Assembly (NCBI GenBank): GCA_965217775.1
Contig: CBDCJH010000002.1
Span: 4,384,001-4,448,000 of the forward strand
Length of the DNA stretch: 64,000 nucleotides
Direction: 5' to 3'
From: Acidobacteriota bacterium
GTDB taxonomy: Bacteria; Acidobacteriota; UBA6911; RPQK01; JAJDTT01
The notes beneath the pieces are model-generated. The model did no database searches, was not told where the DNA came from, and saw only the letters and a program-made list of their open reading frames with translations. The position numbers were made by a program, and so were the translations under genes. This document shows, one piece after another, positions 62,004 to 64,000 of the stretch. Numbering within the stretch: the stretch's first letter is position 1; each line of letters opens with the position of its first letter.

Positions 62004-63194
62004 GTGAAAAACGATCCTCTGGTCGGGCGAATTCAGGAGTCCCTCAACCGGCTCGGTGTCCCGGCCTGGCTCTTCTACGACTTCCGCTTCACGGACCCGC
62101 TCGCCAACCGGATCCTGGGAATCCACGAGTCGCAACATCCCACCAGGCGCTGGTTCTACCTGGTCCCCGCGCAAGGGACCCCGACCAAGCTGGTGCACCG
62201 GATCGAGTCTTCCATGTTGGATCACCTTCCTGGCGAGAAGCTCGTCTATCTGCGCTGGCAGGATTTGAGGTCGGGACTCGAGGAGATGCTGAGGGAGTTC
62301 TCCAGCCTGGCCATGCAGTACTCTCCCGAGGGGGCGATACCCTACGTCTCCAAGGTGGACGCCGGCACCGTCGAACTGGTCCGTAGCCTGGGCAAGACGG
62401 TGACCTCGTCGGCCGACCTGGTCCAATCCTTCGAGGCCGTCCTGACGCCGAAGCAACTTCGGGAACACCAGCGGGCATCCCGGGCCATCTCCGCCATCGT
62501 GCTGGACGCCTTCCGCTTCGCCTCGTCCGCGATCCGGCGGCACGAGGCCTCCAGCGAAGCGGAGGTCCGCGACTACATCCTGGGACGATTCCAAGACCGG
62601 AACCTGGTGACCGATTCGGGCCCCATCGTGGCGGTCAACCAACACAGCGGCGACCCCCACTACGAGACCGCGTCCGGGAAGATCACACGGATCGGACCGG
62701 GCGACCTGCTTCTCATCGATCTCTGGGCCAAGACGAACCAACCCCGGTCCGTCTTCGCCGACATCACCTGGACCGCCTTTTTCGGCGGGACGCCGGACGA
62801 GCGGATGAGACGGGTGTTCGAGGTGGTCCGCCGGGGACGGGACGCGGGAGTCGAGTTCCTGCGCCGGCGCCGGGCAACCGGCGATCTGCCGGAGGGCTGG
62901 GAGGTCGACGACGTAGTGAGACGGACCATCGCCGATCTGGGATTCGGAGAGGCCTTCGTCCACCGCACCGGTCACAGTTTGGGAGAGGAGATCCACGGCA
63001 ACGGAGTCAACTTCGACAACTTGGAGACCCACGACACACGGCGGCTGATCCCCGGGGTCCTCTGCACCATCGAGCCGGGAGTCTACCTGGACGACTTCGG
63101 CATCCGGAGCGAGATCAACGTCTACATGGGGGAAGAAGGACCCGAGGTCACCACGCCGTTGCAGGATGGGATCGTCTGTCCGGACGAGGAGTGA
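62004..63194 (+). CDS. M24-family (Xaa-Pro) peptidase
   Basis: DPHY, ADITW, HRTGHSLG, TIEPGVY, GIRSE. Confidence 0.9.
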   Translation: MKNDPLVGRIQESLNRLGVPAWLFYDFRFTDPLANRILGIHESQHPTRRWFYLVPAQGTPTKLVHRIESSMLDHLPGEKLVYLRWQDLRSGLEEMLREFSSLAMQYSPEGAIPYVSKVDAGTVELVRSLGKTVTSSADLVQSFEAVLTPKQLREHQRASRAISAIVLDAFRFASSAIRRHEASSEAEVRDYILGRFQDRNLVTDSGPIVAVNQHSGDPHYETASGKITRIGPGDLLLIDLWAKTNQPRSVFADITWTAFFGGTPDERMRRVFEVVRRGRDAGVEFLRRRRATGDLPEGWEVDDVVRRTIADLGFGEAFVHRTGHSLGEEIHGNGVNFDNLETHDTRRLIPGVLCTIEPGVYLDDFGIRSEINVYMGEEGPEVTTPLQDGIVCPDEE

Positions 63195-63237
63195 GGAACT
63201 CCCGCACTGGACGGGATCCGGCGCCGTCAGAGAGAAC

Positions 63238-63645
63238 TCACCACGCCGGGACCGACCAGTCTTCGCAACGCAGGCCTTCGACTCGGTAGAACTCGCGGGT
63301 ATTGGCCGTCACCAGGGTCAGATTGCGAGCCAGAGCCTGACCGGCGATCAGAGTGTCGATGGGTCCGATGGGGCAGCCGACCGCTTCCAGTCCAGCCCGT
63401 ACCGACCCCGCCATGCGGGCATCGCTGGCATCGAACGGCACGATTTCCAAGAGGAGGCGATCCAGCAGATCGATATTCCGGTCCCTCTGCAGGCTCTTGA
63501 ACGCCCCAAAGTAAAGCTCATAGACCACCATGGCCGGCAAGGCGATCTCCGATGGACGGTGGCGCCGCACGCGGGCCGCCAGCGGCGATGATGTGCCGTT
63601 GAGCAGGGCAATGCAGGCATTTGTATCGAACAGATAGCGGATCAA
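63238..63645 (-). CDS. vapC: VapC PIN toxin
   Basis: LFDTNACI, IGPIDTLIAGQAL, TANTREF. Confidence 0.92.
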   Translation of the reverse strand: MIRYLFDTNACIALLNGTSSPLAARVRRHRPSEIALPAMVVYELYFGAFKSLQRDRNIDLLDRLLLEIVPFDASDARMAGSVRAGLEAVGCPIGPIDTLIAGQALARNLTLVTANTREFYRVEGLRCEDWSVPAW

Positions 63646-63890
63646 TCGAACGCCCTGTCGAGTTCGGATCTGGATTGATGCTCCGGCTGCTCGCGGCCGT
63701 CGGCGAAGAAATCATCGGAAAACTGCCCTTCGATGGCGTCGAGCCATACCCAATCGGACGCGATGGGTTCCAACACCACTGCGGCACCCTGCTTCCGGAT
63801 TCGCACCATCTCACCATCCATGCGAAATTCCTTCGGCAAGCGCACTGCTTGAGACCGTCCGGACCAGAAGAGTCTCGCTGTTTTCGACAT
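63642..63890 (-). CDS. vapB: VapB (AbrB-type) antitoxin
   Basis: TARLFWSGRSQAVRLPKEFR. Confidence 0.92.
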   Translation of the reverse strand: MSKTARLFWSGRSQAVRLPKEFRMDGEMVRIRKQGAAVVLEPIASDWVWLDAIEGQFSDDFFADGREQPEHQSRSELDRAFD

Positions 63891-64000
63891 TCGGCTCCTC
63901 CGCTCAGATTGATATATATCATTAGTATATACCATTATCGAAAAGCCGTTTCGTCTTCCAACAGGAAAAGCGTGGAACTCGGGAGATGGCGCCGGTTCGA

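Overview
This is a high-GC bacterial window. Acidobacteriota is the likely source (inference from TIGR03435 and DUF1501/DUF1553 family genes). It has two parts. Bases ~50.5-64 kb are housekeeping backbone (coaE, uvrA, polA, an ECF sigma/anti-sigma pair, an acyltransferase, an M24 peptidase, vapBC). Bases 1-~50.0 kb are a mosaic accessory region next to the 3' end of tmRNA (ssrA, 50023-50378, minus strand). The main signal is a ~21-bp imperfect palindrome, consensus GAAGGTGAC-T-GTCCCCTTYTC. It occurs about 30 times, nearly all in one orientation, and only in the accessory part. It sits at the junctions between unrelated gene modules, at breakpoints of truncated genes, and at the ends of duplicated segments. 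This looks like an integron-like cassette array with a non-attC site, and no recombinase for it is visible in the window. The cargo includes many TA modules, a Ubl/E1/DUF6527 operon with GNAT/XRE/IrrE regulators, a five-gene HIT/prenyltransferase-fold/HD/MTase/ThiL-like operon, and a histone-fold-TM plus TM-HEPN pair. Two ORF-less group II introns sit in REP hairpins, and there is an IS1380 and an IS110 remnant. All calls were made by eye, with no database searches.
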